IMG/VR virus record: IMGVR_UViG_3300044858_003398
DNA length: 64,000 bases
DNA from: a virus
Strand: one strand, 5' to 3'
Part shown: positions 1 to 10,546 of the stretch, in pieces
Numbering within the stretch: the stretch's first letter is position 1
Layout of the letters: each line of letters starts with the position of its first letter
Position numbers and translations under genes: made by a program
The notes under the pieces: model-generated
What the model saw: only the letters and a program-made list of their open reading frames with translations
Database searches by the model: none
What the model was told of the DNA's origin: nothing

Positions 1-177
1 CCAACCGAAAAAATGACAGACCAAAACACCAGTGATGAACGCAAGAAAAGGACGCTTGCTGCAATTCGTTATGAACTGACTTACCGACTTCTTTTCACCG
101 CCGCTCGCAACACACCAAACATCGAATGAGCCGATTGCACAGAGAAAACCAAAGGTGACTATTCCTGTCGTGCTCAT
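1..177 (-). CDS. small membrane protein (partial, runs off window)
   Basis: ATG at 177 with GAGGTGGG RBS; MSTTGIVTFGFLCAIG... with two hydrophobic stretches; late motif at 231-237. Confidence 0.6.
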   Translation of the reverse strand, partial: MSTTGIVTFGFLCAIGSFDVWCVASGGEKKSVSQFITNCSKRPFLAFITGVLVCHFFGW

Positions 178-237
178 ACCCACCTCAAATCAACAGCGGA
201 TCAACGATCCGCGTTTACTCTCTGTAAGTAAATACGC

Positions 238-270
238 AAAAAGGTCGCAGACCTTTACTTCTGCGACCTT
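238..270 (-). terminator. intrinsic terminator after the capsid gene
   Basis: AAGGTCGCAGA/TCTGCGACCTT stem followed by a T-run on the minus strand. Confidence 0.7.
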
Positions 271-293
271 ATTTGGGTTAAATTACTAAGCTC

Positions 294-1298
294 TTAGAGG
301 GAGCCAAGCAAAATCCGACGATTGTCAAGAGCAGCGAAGCCAAGCTCGCAATTTCCGAAGAACGAAACTCTTCCCTGACGGAAGTAGCTAGGATCTGGGT
401 AGATCATAACTTCCTGTCGAACTGGCATGATGAAGGAGTCGCGACTAGTCATATCAAGACCAACAACCAACTCTACGTCGCTTGATGGGCCAAGAGCACC
501 ACTAAGCTGACTTGTAAAGTAAGATTGATATTCCTGTGACTCACCAAGCTCGTCCATAGCATGAAGGTTGATACCGAAGATTCGGGTAATAGCACCATCG
601 TCGCTAGCGACATAGATTTCTCTACGAGTCGTTTCGTCAACAATGTCCACACCCCAGTTTCGAATATCTTCCAAAGCTTCTGGGCTAAGATAGATATCAG
701 TCAATCGACCGCGAGAGATAGAGCCAGAGTTACCCCCAGCGTTTCTTCGCATAACCGACTTCATAAGAGAAACCAATCTCTTAGTAAACTGACCAGCAGC
801 AGCGTCCGCATCATAAACCATGATGTTTCGGTCAGTACCGGCGGCAAGCAGAACGTGCCAAGCATCGTCGTTAATCTTCTTAACGAAACCAGCTTCCAAC
901 ACCTTCATAGCACGACCAGCAACATCCCAGCGGGCGTCACGGGCATATTTTGCCAAAAAGTCAATTGAGTTAGCGATACCGTAGGTTGGCACCTGAATGT
1001 AATCGCCTTCAACTGATCGTTCTGGAATCCGACCATGGCCGGGATTCGTATAGGCCACGAAGTCAACTTCGTCGCCGGGATTCAGCAAGTCGAGTGGAAA
1101 CTCGGCAGTGCTATTACTATCGAGAACTAGCTTCTCAAAGATAGGAGCAGTGACGTCTCCCACCAAGATAGCTTCGCGGAGAGGAGTCTGAAGGGCTTTC
1201 GCCATCTGCTCCTGACCAGCATATGCTACAGATGGCGACACATCGCCAGCCTGCTTAAGCATTTCAATGAACTCTGGATTCGGCTTAGTGAACGACAT
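294..1298 (-). CDS. major capsid protein (HK97-type fold, by size and synteny)
   Basis: ~334 aa, last gene of the portal-protease-decoration-capsid order, followed by a terminator; ORF track start 1301 is TTG, ATG at 1298. Confidence 0.75.
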   Translation of the reverse strand: MSFTKPNPEFIEMLKQAGDVSPSVAYAGQEQMAKALQTPLREAILVGDVTAPIFEKLVLDSNSTAEFPLDLLNPGDEVDFVAYTNPGHGRIPERSVEGDYIQVPTYGIANSIDFLAKYARDARWDVAGRAMKVLEAGFVKKINDDAWHVLLAAGTDRNIMVYDADAAAGQFTKRLVSLMKSVMRRNAGGNSGSISRGRLTDIYLSPEALEDIRNWGVDIVDETTRREIYVASDDGAITRIFGINLHAMDELGESQEYQSYFTSQLSGALGPSSDVELVVGLDMTSRDSFIMPVRQEVMIYPDPSYFRQGRVSFFGNCELGFAALDNRRILLGSL

Positions 1299-1309
1299 CA
1301 AATTACCCC

Positions 1310-1759
1310 TTATAGATTGATTGAAACCTTGGCGAAACCATCAGCATCCTTAGAACTAAGGAACTGACCGACCTTCAGAGCCCCAGTGGCCTGAGTGGCA
1401 CTAATAAGACCAGTACCAGCAAGATAAGCATCCTGACCACCGGCTGGTGTTCCACTGATTGCATCAGTAGTAACCCATCCCTTACGCAGAATAGTAATCT
1501 TGCCACCCTTCTGGACTTCATCCTTGTGCTGGTTCAAGTGCTGACGAGTCAGGTCAAGATTGACCATATCATTCAGCAGAACCCCAAGAGGATATGCTCC
1601 AGATGGATTTGCTTTTACTGTCGCCAAAGCTACAGCACTATCCATAGCGGCACCTGAGCCCGCTGTGCTTACAGAAACAACCAAACCACGAGTGGCAGTT
1701 TCATTCATGAAGAATGAAATGTCTGTGTCCAGCTCGTAACGATCACCCTTTAGTGACAT
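1310..1759 (-). CDS. head decoration / capsid cement protein
   Basis: 149 aa, G/A/T-rich beta protein between scaffold and capsid genes. Confidence 0.6.
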   Translation of the reverse strand: MSLKGDRYELDTDISFFMNETATRGLVVSVSTAGSGAAMDSAVALATVKANPSGAYPLGVLLNDMVNLDLTRQHLNQHKDEVQKGGKITILRKGWVTTDAISGTPAGGQDAYLAGTGLISATQATGALKVGQFLSSKDADGFAKVSINL

Positions 1760-1769
1760 GCTTTACCCC

Positions 1770-3089
1770 TTATTTCGAATTTTTTGTGGACTGAAGGACA
1801 CTAGCACGCAGCCATTGTGAGGCAACGCTTATCTTGTCAGCGACAGAGTCTTCAACTACTACAACTGCTGGTTCATCAACCTCGGTTACAGTTTCTAGAG
1901 CTTCAGTCTCTGTTTCGACTTCGACTTCAACCGACTCAGTGTCCGCAACAGGGGTCGGCTTAACAATCAGGGCTACTACTACATCGAACATCTCGTCAGT
2001 AGCGTCTGCAAACTTAGAGAGCAACTCAGTTGCTTTATCTTCGGTTGCACCAGCGGTAACGAGAGCATTCTTTCTTGCAGCAGCTTTCACTTCAGAAACC
2101 ATCTTCTGGATTTCCTGACTCAAAGTCAGTTTTTCCTGAGAGATAGTTGCAATAGTGGCTTCAAGTTCATTTACTTTTGTCTCAAGCGAAGCAATAGTGG
2201 CTTTATGAGTGCCAATTTCTGTCGCTAGAGTGCTTGCAGTAGTCTTCTCTGTTGAGAGAGCTTCTTTCAAAGCTGTGACTTCTGCTAGTTGCACTGAATT
2301 ATCTTCAGGCATCACTACCTCCATAGCCAATGTGGAAAAAGTATCTACGGGCTTGAATGGGTTAACTTCCTTCGGGAGGATAACACTTCTTGGATTTGCT
2401 GGCTTATCTACAAGACCCTTACCAGAAAAATATAGGTCTCTCAACAAGCGGCCAATTTTGTAGCCCTCATACGATCCAGTGCCACCATAAGCCCGCAAAT
2501 GCTTGGTGAGGAACGCAGAGTTTTCGTCTCTAGCTATAACTTTTTGTGAACCATCAGGCTCAACAACTGCATAATCGAAGTTTCGAAATACGCATTCCAT
2601 AGATACAGCTAATTGACCCTCGTCTATTTTGGCAATCAAGTCATTGACTCGACTGGACTGGTCGGGGTCGCCCCAAGTCTTATAAATAACGGCGGAAGTA
2701 ACTAGATCCATCTTTTCTGGAAGAGGGAGTTCGTTAATGATGGCACCATCCTCAGCCATTGCGGCTGAAGAAATCATATGTCCGATGATATCTGTCTCAT
2801 CGTGCATATAATTGAATGGCTTGTCGACTGGTGTTTCGCGTGCCGCCCATAGGTCTGCTACATCGAATACATCGTCGTTTTTATTCCATCCCGCCGATAC
2901 TAGAATGGAATTTAGATAGTAAAGATCTGCTTGAACTGGCCTATCACTAATTGAAGCTAGTGTTATTCCAGCTATCTCAGAGTCTCCACTAAGTAATTGA
3001 GTGCTAGTAATTGGGCATACCATAGCAACACTAACGCTCTTAAGAGCGTCAGATAAGTTGTCTAATTTTTCAGCTTCATATACTTGCAT
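1770..3089 (-). CDS. prohead protease fused to scaffold
   Basis: N-terminal NYMHD...IIG and VSME...F motifs typical of phage maturation proteases; acidic coiled-coil C-terminal half. Confidence 0.7.
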   Translation of the reverse strand: MQVYEAEKLDNLSDALKSVSVAMVCPITSTQLLSGDSEIAGITLASISDRPVQADLYYLNSILVSAGWNKNDDVFDVADLWAARETPVDKPFNYMHDETDIIGHMISSAAMAEDGAIINELPLPEKMDLVTSAVIYKTWGDPDQSSRVNDLIAKIDEGQLAVSMECVFRNFDYAVVEPDGSQKVIARDENSAFLTKHLRAYGGTGSYEGYKIGRLLRDLYFSGKGLVDKPANPRSVILPKEVNPFKPVDTFSTLAMEVVMPEDNSVQLAEVTALKEALSTEKTTASTLATEIGTHKATIASLETKVNELEATIATISQEKLTLSQEIQKMVSEVKAAARKNALVTAGATEDKATELLSKFADATDEMFDVVVALIVKPTPVADTESVEVEVETETEALETVTEVDEPAVVVVEDSVADKISVASQWLRASVLQSTKNSK

Positions 3090-3141
3090 TGATTACCTCA
3101 TAATTTAAATACGCAGCTATTCTAAGTTTTCTGCTTTTTTC

Positions 3142-5136
3142 TTAAAATTCTTCGTAAGCATATGCTAAGCAGTTTATTTGACGTGCCTCATCAATAGTCG
3201 GCTGTCTATTATGGGTCGCCAAAAAGTTTCGGTAAAAAGGATGGGCATCTATTTTCTTCTTTTTCTCCATGGCCTCGGCCACAGACTCAGTATCTACTAG
3301 AGAGAATGGTTCTAGCCCACAAAGGGTCACGAACTTAATCTCCTCTAATTCGGCCTGCTGGCCCGTAGTCAATTCTCGCAGAGAATTACACCCATACTGA
3401 GAAAGCATAACTGGATTAAGAATGGCCGAAATCTTCTTCTGGGCCTCTGTGGTCCACAAGATAGTACTAGCCAAATCTGCTTTGCTCTTAGGGAGAACTC
3501 TTCTCTGCTTCCTAGGACCAGCATCCTTTTTGAACAAAGGTCGGCCATTATCTTTTACCGGCTTCTTTCCGGCAGGATTTCCGGCTCCGGGCTGGACAGG
3601 AGGCTTTCTTGCCTTATAATCTGTCACATCTTCAATGCTGAGTGTGTCTTTGGTGAGGGCCAATTTCACAAACTCAGACTCGACGTTGCCATTATGGAAT
3701 GGATCAGATTTAGGTGGCAATTTACGCTTCTTCCTGTCTTTTTCCTCTTTGGCGATTCGTGACTCTTCAATATCATGGGACTCACCGAATCTCTCCCTAA
3801 GGGTCTCAGCAGAGATGATGTGCCGATCTGACAATTGAATCCAAAGGTTCTTTTCAGCCGCCTCATCTGACAGGATCATATTGTCAAAGCGGAGTTCCGC
3901 TGGAGATGGGAAGCCCATAGCCGTAGCGATAGACTCAAACTCTAGCCTCCAGAAGTTTTCTAGTAGGCCCCGACCATATTCAAGCTTTTCAATGAGGGTC
4001 TTAAGGCTGAGGTAATTATTAGTGAAACCCCCACCAGAGGAAGTCCCAGTCATAGTTTGTGGGACTCCTAGTCCCCCATATACAGCATTAAGCACTGGGC
4101 CGTACTTCTCACTACCCAAGAAGTGGTAAATTTGGCTAGTGGATTCTTTAAAGTCGAGTTCTGGACCCCAAACAAGGTCCATAGTTCCACCACCCACATT
4201 ACTAGCCAATACATCTCGTAGCTTATCTACGGCTGCTCTAGTGGGGGCGATTTTATGCTCTAAGCTACCCAAACGCCACAGGCGTATATTAGAAATGGCC
4301 CCATCTAAAGCCGACATATCGGCCAACTTCATCTTCTCCATCATAGTAATATCATCTAAGATGGCATGGATCATTGGGTTTGCCCAAACTGCCCAATCAT
4401 CCTTCTTATAGTGATAGAGCGACAACCTCTCTGAATCTAATGGTATAAACTCGGCACCATCTAAAATCATCTTTCTGATCTTAGGGTCTACATCCTTTAG
4501 GAAGGATGGGTCGGCCTTCTTATTAGCAATAGCATTCTTGGTCTTGGAAGAGATTCTGATCTTGTAGCTCTTCTCCCCGCCGAAGATATCAGAATAGTCC
4601 CCATCTGCCTCAACGACTAGCGGATTAAGGAAGTCATATCTGAATGGGATGACTCTCTTTTCAGCCCTAGACATATCCTTCTGCTGCGACTTAGTGATTT
4701 TACCATTAGCCTTATAGACTATTACATTGCCTAGCCGGTACAGGTAATTGAGGAAACGTTCAGAACGTTCAGCCCCATTGACCTTCTGCCACCATCTCCG
4801 ATAGAATCGCTCTATGTTCTTATTAGTGTGGGAGATCCTGATGCCCTGAGAGGCAAAATCCCCCATCAGGTCAATAACCTGCTTGATAAGGCCGACATTA
4901 TCGTAAGCCTTAACGCACTTCCGCATGATGCCCTTAGCATCACCCTCTGGGGACTCCGAAGGGCGAAACCCGTAATAGTCTTCCCGATTGTACTCATCGC
5001 GAACCGATATGTTCGGCTCCAGCGAGAGATATCTGCGGTTGCTTGCAGAGGTACTCATCAATCCGGTGTACGAGGCTAAAGCCTCGTCTTGGAGAATTGC
5101 ATTGGTTGTTTGTGAAACACTCTTTTTTACTGCCAT
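3142..5136 (-). CDS. portal protein
   Basis: 664 aa immediately downstream of TerL; YRLGNV, GLGVP and LRFD portal-like segments. Confidence 0.75.
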   Translation of the reverse strand: MAVKKSVSQTTNAILQDEALASYTGLMSTSASNRRYLSLEPNISVRDEYNREDYYGFRPSESPEGDAKGIMRKCVKAYDNVGLIKQVIDLMGDFASQGIRISHTNKNIERFYRRWWQKVNGAERSERFLNYLYRLGNVIVYKANGKITKSQQKDMSRAEKRVIPFRYDFLNPLVVEADGDYSDIFGGEKSYKIRISSKTKNAIANKKADPSFLKDVDPKIRKMILDGAEFIPLDSERLSLYHYKKDDWAVWANPMIHAILDDITMMEKMKLADMSALDGAISNIRLWRLGSLEHKIAPTRAAVDKLRDVLASNVGGGTMDLVWGPELDFKESTSQIYHFLGSEKYGPVLNAVYGGLGVPQTMTGTSSGGGFTNNYLSLKTLIEKLEYGRGLLENFWRLEFESIATAMGFPSPAELRFDNMILSDEAAEKNLWIQLSDRHIISAETLRERFGESHDIEESRIAKEEKDRKKRKLPPKSDPFHNGNVESEFVKLALTKDTLSIEDVTDYKARKPPVQPGAGNPAGKKPVKDNGRPLFKKDAGPRKQRRVLPKSKADLASTILWTTEAQKKISAILNPVMLSQYGCNSLRELTTGQQAELEEIKFVTLCGLEPFSLVDTESVAEAMEKKKKIDAHPFYRNFLATHNRQPTIDEARQINCLAYAYEEF

Positions 5137-5203
5137 TTGCTCGATCCGATCGTAATTGGATTATGTACCTATAATCTAATACGGTCGAGCCGACTTGGGA
5201 GAC

Positions 5204-7192
5204 TCAATATCCATCATATGCGTCTTGAGCACTCTTGAACCATTGTGGGGCGACGTATGCGAGCTTGGCTTTCTTCCCTGCGGCCCCGCTAGAGAATCCT
5301 CCATAGCTTTCGTATGCCGCCTGACCATCTAGGGAGAAGTTTCTGGCCCCCATATTCGCCATCAGTAAAGCAGAATACCTGTCTTTTCTCATCTTCTTCT
5401 TCTTATTGGCCCCCACCTTAATGTCTGGTGTGTCCCAGCGATCTCGCCCATTTGGGGTCTTGGTAATCTCAATTAGGACTAGCTCGTTCTTCATCTCCTC
5501 AATTTCCATAACACAGTCTTCCAAAGTGTCATAGAGTTTGTTATTGACCTTGTCTTGTTCCGCAGCTAAGCCAAGAACGACGGGGTCGAACTTAGGAAAG
5601 AGCAAAGTCTTATCCTCTAGGTCTTTTCTCAATCCATGATTGGCCTCAGAGGTCCATTCAGCCTTGGCGAAATTGACAAGCTCGATAATATGCAGGCCAG
5701 CCTCATCATCTGTGGGCTTCTCTTTGTCCTCGTCAATTACGGGCCAGAAGGGGACTTCTCCGGGATGCAAATTAGAGGTTTCGTGGAGGGCTTCGTTAAC
5801 CGCAACACCACCGCCCTGAGAGTCGAGCATGATACGCTCAGTAGGGAATACACGCATAAGCTCACGAATCTTTCTAGCAGCATAACTGTAGAAGTTATCC
5901 TCAGTAGTTAGACCAAGCTTAACTCTTTCCGTGTGAGACTGACGAGTAGTAGTCCAACAGTGTACGATTCTTCTATGATCTTGATAGAGTTCCAAAACCA
6001 CTATGGAGAAGTTGTCGATTTCGGAGGCCGGGTCAACACCAATGATATATCTGGCGGCTGGATTGCCCTTTATCGCAGCATCGAATACAACTGGGCCAGA
6101 TGGGAGAATAACCTCATTATGTTCATTAGTAACACAAGACTCGATCAGGCTTCGTTTGAAAAACCCATTACTGTCTGTTACAAAAATGGCTCCCCACTCC
6201 ATATTGAAGATACCACTATGAACAGACGCCTTAGATCTGGCTACGTTTCCCTCATCCATAAAGCCCTTGGGTAGAACCTCGTATGGTATTCTAATGACAG
6301 AATAGTCTTTCCAATTAAACCCATCTGGAACACCTTCTGGGAATAGCTCTCTAACTCTTCTCGGATCGCCCTTTGAGCTGATAATCTGCTTATACTTCTT
6401 CCAGTAGTCGGCAAAGTGATTAAAGTCGTAGAAAGCGGTTCCGCACAAGATAATTTGATTTCCCATAGCTAGGTCGTTGGCTCCTAGCAATAGTGGATCA
6501 ATCCCTCTCTCAGCGGCCATCTCTTCGGCGGCTCGTCTTCTAACCACATCAGCAGGAGCGGCTGATACGTTACCGAAACCAGCAATAACGGTTTCAAAGA
6601 TTTCTCGGGAATGAGAGCTGAATTCTTCGATCAAAAGGTCTTGACAGCGATACCCTCGGATCTTCTCACCAGTACCAATAGGAATACATGTTATGGTAGA
6701 CCCATTTATGCCAAACCTACACATGTCTGGCGATCTGGTGGGGCCACTGTCTTGATCTACTAAGTCCCTTAAAATAGGAGCCCCTTTCCATATGGTCTCC
6801 ATATACTCATGAATGAATTTTGACTGTCTAAAGGCCGCTCCCGCAACAAGTATTCTCCTGTTGGGCATAATCAAGGCCCGCATCAGAGAATACAATGCAA
6901 GCATAAAACTCTTAGAGCTTCCTCGACTACCAATAAGCATAGGGTACTTGCGTACCCACAACTCTTGCAAAACTACATTCTGAAATGGCAGGATGTCTAC
7001 GTTCAAAATGTGATGACACAAGAAGGCAAAATACTCAGGCTGAGATAGTAGCCATGCTACTTTTTTCTCAAAATCTAAGTTATCGTCTGTCCTTAAAATA
7101 TCTAATGGGTTATACGCTGGTTCCTCTTTAACATACTTGGTTAAGTATGCTTCGTTGAGTTCGCGTAAAACTTGTTTAGTTAATTTTTCCAA
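5204..7192 (-). CDS. terL: terminase large subunit
   Basis: Walker A GSRGSSKS, IRGYR...LLIEEF Walker B region, nuclease motifs GVDPA, DSQGGG, KDRYSAL. Confidence 0.9.
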   Translation of the reverse strand: MEKLTKQVLRELNEAYLTKYVKEEPAYNPLDILRTDDNLDFEKKVAWLLSQPEYFAFLCHHILNVDILPFQNVVLQELWVRKYPMLIGSRGSSKSFMLALYSLMRALIMPNRRILVAGAAFRQSKFIHEYMETIWKGAPILRDLVDQDSGPTRSPDMCRFGINGSTITCIPIGTGEKIRGYRCQDLLIEEFSSHSREIFETVIAGFGNVSAAPADVVRRRAAEEMAAERGIDPLLLGANDLAMGNQIILCGTAFYDFNHFADYWKKYKQIISSKGDPRRVRELFPEGVPDGFNWKDYSVIRIPYEVLPKGFMDEGNVARSKASVHSGIFNMEWGAIFVTDSNGFFKRSLIESCVTNEHNEVILPSGPVVFDAAIKGNPAARYIIGVDPASEIDNFSIVVLELYQDHRRIVHCWTTTRQSHTERVKLGLTTEDNFYSYAARKIRELMRVFPTERIMLDSQGGGVAVNEALHETSNLHPGEVPFWPVIDEDKEKPTDDEAGLHIIELVNFAKAEWTSEANHGLRKDLEDKTLLFPKFDPVVLGLAAEQDKVNNKLYDTLEDCVMEIEEMKNELVLIEITKTPNGRDRWDTPDIKVGANKKKKMRKDRYSALLMANMGARNFSLDGQAAYESYGGFSSGAAGKKAKLAYVAPQWFKSAQDAYDGY

Positions 7193-7264
7193 GCTACACT
7201 TCGTTGGGCTAATCGCCCCGGTAAAAGAGAAAGGGCCGACTTGCCCCTTGTATGCCGTTACGCC

Positions 7265-7798
7265 CTAGTCAACCAGTCGTTCTGCCTGAGACACAAAGAA
7301 TGGTCTACAGCGAGAGGCCATAATGGGTCTAACTCCTAGTACTGTCATTCCACGTTGATCTGCCGAATCAGCAATCCTTGTCTTTATCTTGTTGCAGATT
7401 CGCCATACTCCATATTCCTTAATCTGATCACTTGATAGCTGGCTAATAATTCTGACGAGAGCTGCCCCACCAAGCATCTCTAAATGATTTTGGCCACTAA
7501 ACTGCGAGGTCTCATACTTCAGGACATCATGAATCTCATATTCAATCCCAAGCCTCCATTGCCAGTCTTTATCATCGGCGGAAGTTACAGCAATAATTGC
7601 AGTCTCACAGATTTGGCTTGCTACTGTATGAACTCGCCAATATTGAATAAGCGGCCATATTAGGTAGAGGCCCGGACCTTTTCTTCGGCCCCATCGACCA
7701 AACCAATAACAAGCTGCCTCCTCCATTGGGCCAACAATTGTTGGTCTTGGAAGAAGTTCCCAGATAAACTGGATGATCTGAGTTAGTAGGTCTAACAT
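7265..7798 (-). CDS. SPFH/band-7-like membrane protein
   Basis: N-terminal hydrophobic segment; FGR...GPGLYLIWPLIQ and VTSADD...IEYEI pattern of SPFH domains. Confidence 0.6.
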   Translation of the reverse strand: MLDLLTQIIQFIWELLPRPTIVGPMEEAACYWFGRWGRRKGPGLYLIWPLIQYWRVHTVASQICETAIIAVTSADDKDWQWRLGIEYEIHDVLKYETSQFSGQNHLEMLGGAALVRIISQLSSDQIKEYGVWRICNKIKTRIADSADQRGMTVLGVRPIMASRCRPFFVSQAERLVD

Positions 7799-8292
7799 TG
7801 TTCCAGCTCTTTAAATCGCCCAAGGACATAGTCTTCAGCATTACGCCTATTACCACAAAACACTACGGGCATTCTAGATGCCACCTTATCAACGAGGGTT
7901 TTAAGATGCCTCCCATTGATTCTAAGCTCGGACCAAGCGTCAACTCGTTCTCCCCTAGTGTATTTGCCACTAGCTATCTCTCTTACCGATGGTCTTCTGA
8001 ACTTTGGTATTCCAGAATTCTCTGGGAAGCAGTGGATATCAGACTCTGAAAACTCAAAGACGCATTCTGCCGATTCTAGGAGAAGAAGCTTATCTACTTC
8101 TCTATGAAACCTCTCCATATTCTTGGTTCTACCAAGGTTCATATAAATTTCGCCAACAGAGGCCTTCCTCTCTATGACAAACTTGCCCAAAAGGGCCCTA
8201 GTTGTATAATCCCCACAGTCAAGTTTCTGAACTGTCGTCTTCTCCATGAAGGTCCAAAAGTTTTTCTCTCTGGTGTCTCGTATGATTTCCAT
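7792..8292 (-). CDS. ERCC4/XPF-type nuclease
   Basis: IIRDTRE, LDCGDY and VIERK motifs. Confidence 0.8.
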   Translation of the reverse strand: MEIIRDTREKNFWTFMEKTTVQKLDCGDYTTRALLGKFVIERKASVGEIYMNLGRTKNMERFHREVDKLLLLESAECVFEFSESDIHCFPENSGIPKFRRPSVREIASGKYTRGERVDAWSELRINGRHLKTLVDKVASRMPVVFCGNRRNAEDYVLGRFKELEQC

Positions 8293-8857
8293 CTCTTACC
8301 TTGTTTACCTTTATATATCCCACATAGCACTGAACTACATCTTCGTCATTTTTTACAGCCATGGCAGATGCAGTCACGTCAAGCTCTATGCCATCTCTCT
8401 TATTAATAATAGTATAGTCACAATCATACGCTATATCGTTTTCAATTGAGTAGATCCAATGATCGTTTACTCTCTTTCTGTCAGACTGGTGTATGCCTTG
8501 CAGCCAGCCAAACCCCATCATATCCTTCGAGTCAAGACAAAATAACTCATTGAGGTATGAGTTGCTCCATGTACATCTGCCTTTTGTGTCGCAGATGAAT
8601 ATTCCAATTTTGATATGCCGTTCTGTAATTTGCTGCCGAAGTTCATAGACTTCATAGGAGGTCTGAATGGCGTCATGAATTTCCTTAATAGATTCCGCTG
8701 GGTTATCACCAAATACGACATGGAAACGATCCCCAAGCACAAGAGACCTAATTGCATTTTTTACATACCTCCTGCATCTTACTACAAAAGTAATGATGCT
8801 GACTAAAAATATAGAAATAGTACCATAGTTCTCAACGAGAACTTTAATTATGTCCAC
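8219..8857 (-). CDS. membrane-anchored PAS-domain protein
   Basis: N-terminal TM; GIFICDTKGRCTWSN...MMGFGWLQGIHQSDRKRV...YVG PAS/PAC pattern. Confidence 0.75.
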   Translation of the reverse strand: MDIIKVLVENYGTISIFLVSIITFVVRCRRYVKNAIRSLVLGDRFHVVFGDNPAESIKEIHDAIQTSYEVYELRQQITERHIKIGIFICDTKGRCTWSNSYLNELFCLDSKDMMGFGWLQGIHQSDRKRVNDHWIYSIENDIAYDCDYTIINKRDGIELDVTASAMAVKNDEDVVQCYVGYIKVNKVRDGNHTRHQREKLLDLHGEDDSSET

Positions 8858-9107
8858 TTATGATACTCCTGAATAAAGGGGCATAATGTAGCTCCTTGTC
8901 CTTTATGGAGTCATGGCAGGTTTTACACAAAGTTACTAAATTAAACAGTTCGAACCGAAGAGATGGGGCATCGCTCCACCTTTCTATGTGATGGACCACT
9001 AACTTCTTCTTTGCCTTACACCCCGGCATTTGGCATCTCTTCTTGTCCCGCTTGATACAAGCAAGTCTGGCTTCCTTATAAAATGGGCAGTCATAATCTC
9101 TTTTCAT
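8844..9107 (-). CDS. small HNH endonuclease (packaging-associated type)
   Basis: RD..RCQMPGC, VHHI, NLVTLCKTCH; upstream of terminase. Confidence 0.85.
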   Translation of the reverse strand: MKRDYDCPFYKEARLACIKRDKKRCQMPGCKAKKKLVVHHIERWSDAPSLRFELFNLVTLCKTCHDSIKDKELHYAPLFRSIISGHN

Positions 9108-9919
9108 TCATCGCCAACCGTTTCATGCGAGAGAATGATACGATCCACCTTGCCATCAGCATAGGTATGATATGAGCCTAATTCTTCTTTGGCCCCATGA
9201 GCGGCGAGACGCATCATTTCCATAATTCTACCTTGCTCTTCAAAGAAGTCTGGGTCTTGTAGGAGCTTACTCATTAAGCCTGCAAAGGTAGTCTTATTGC
9301 TTTCAAGCTTCTGGACTCGCTGCTCTCTAGTCGCCTTAAGGTCCTTGAACATGGCTGATTTTTTAGTCTGAAGCTCTTTGTAGTCTCGGCTCAGAGCTTC
9401 CTTGGCCGATCGCAAACTTGCGATCTGCCTCTGTAAAGAGAAATGATGCTCCTTGTCGCGATCTGCGACCGCTTTGGCGTCTTCTACAGCAATCTGCTCT
9501 TCTAGATCTCTAACGGTCTCGATTGTCTGCTGCTGTTCCCTTAACGCCCTATTCATCAATACTTCTAGCTTGATCGTATCAATGATCTGAAGTTCCTCAG
9601 TTGCGAGTACATCTCGGCGGAACTGGGCGATAATTTGCTTCCAGTGGTAAAGGAACATCTCTAGTTCATCTTTACTGAATTGTCCCTGTAGTTCCTTCCA
9701 GAAAGGCCGCGTCTTGATGTCGTATTCGGCCTGAACCTCAAAGGCTTCCTTCTTATTATTAGTCTTGCCGATTTTTTGCAGATAGAGCCTAACAGGCTCG
9801 ATATCTCGACCAAGATTCTTGGCCATCTGGTCAGCCGTCATCTTGTTACAGTTTTTCTCGATGTAGTCCCACTCGGCTTTACTTAGTCTACCCTTAGCCT
9901 TAGCTATATTACTGGCCAT
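9104..9919 (-). CDS. HTH + coiled-coil protein, possible terminase small subunit
   Basis: N-terminal HTH-like segment, long coiled coil, position in the packaging operon. Confidence 0.4.
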   Translation of the reverse strand: MASNIAKAKGRLSKAEWDYIEKNCNKMTADQMAKNLGRDIEPVRLYLQKIGKTNNKKEAFEVQAEYDIKTRPFWKELQGQFSKDELEMFLYHWKQIIAQFRRDVLATEELQIIDTIKLEVLMNRALREQQQTIETVRDLEEQIAVEDAKAVADRDKEHHFSLQRQIASLRSAKEALSRDYKELQTKKSAMFKDLKATREQRVQKLESNKTTFAGLMSKLLQDPDFFEEQGRIMEMMRLAAHGAKEELGSYHTYADGKVDRIILSHETVGDE

Positions 9920-10358
9920 CGACTAGATCCTTCACTACTTTAATGAGGGCTGCTCGTCTTGCCGAAGGCAGAGACACCCCATTTGCCCATCTTAGATAGT
10001 CAGACCTCATACTCACTGAGAGATTATCGAGGATATAATCAACTAGATCAGGAGTAATAAAGTCGTGTTCCTCGGTTGGGTGCTCCAGAATCTCAGAGAA
10101 ATCTAAAACAGACCTCTTCTCTTGATTCTTGTAGTAACTTCGTGATAAGGAGATGAGTCGCTTTGAAACGGAGTACATTAGGAAGAACTCTAAGGAACGG
10201 ACCCTGTCCCATTTATCATAAAGTTGGCAGGCTATGATCATGGCCTCCTGTCCTATATCCTCTTCGGTCATAAACGAGAAAGGTTTCTTCTTGACTTTGT
10301 CTACGACGAAGTAGATAATATCAAGGTGTTCCTTGGGAATCTCTGTCAGCTTTTTCAC
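9909..10358 (-). CDS. sigma-70-family-like factor (region 2)
   Basis: EEDIGQEAMI...KWD..RSLEFFL pattern of sigma region 2. Confidence 0.6.
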   Translation of the reverse strand: MKKLTEIPKEHLDIIYFVVDKVKKKPFSFMTEEDIGQEAMIIACQLYDKWDRVRSLEFFLMYSVSKRLISLSRSYYKNQEKRSVLDFSEILEHPTEEHDFITPDLVDYILDNLSVSMRSDYLRWANGVSLPSARRAALIKVVKDLVDGQ

Positions 10359-10491
10359 GGACTTTACCTAGGATAGCTTTCGCCATCTCCTTTGGGGGAT
10401 CGGGTATAAGAAGCTCATCTTCAATTCGCTTCTTTAGATCTGCAGTAGCTATAGCTATATAGTGGCTATCGCCACGAACAAGAACTTTCAT
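10321..10491 (-). CDS. hypothetical protein (56 aa)
   Basis: GAGGTTG RBS then ATG at 10491; overlaps the start of the next gene. Confidence 0.5.
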   Translation of the reverse strand: MKVLVRGDSHYIAIATADLKKRIEDELLIPDPPKEMAKAILGKVREKADRDSQGTP

Positions 10492-10546
10492 TATCAACCT
10501 CTTGAGTCCGTAGGACTCCGGTAAAAGAGAAGGTGTACCATTATTA

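Noticed and set aside
561-6274. Plus-strand ORFs within the structural operon (e.g. 1834-2118, 5933-6274)
   Set aside because: Antisense shadows of real genes, with no RBS or recognisable motifs.
5204-7192. Intein or intron in TerL
   Set aside because: Motifs are contiguous at normal spacing with no intein signatures; IEEF in Walker B is treated as a variant only.
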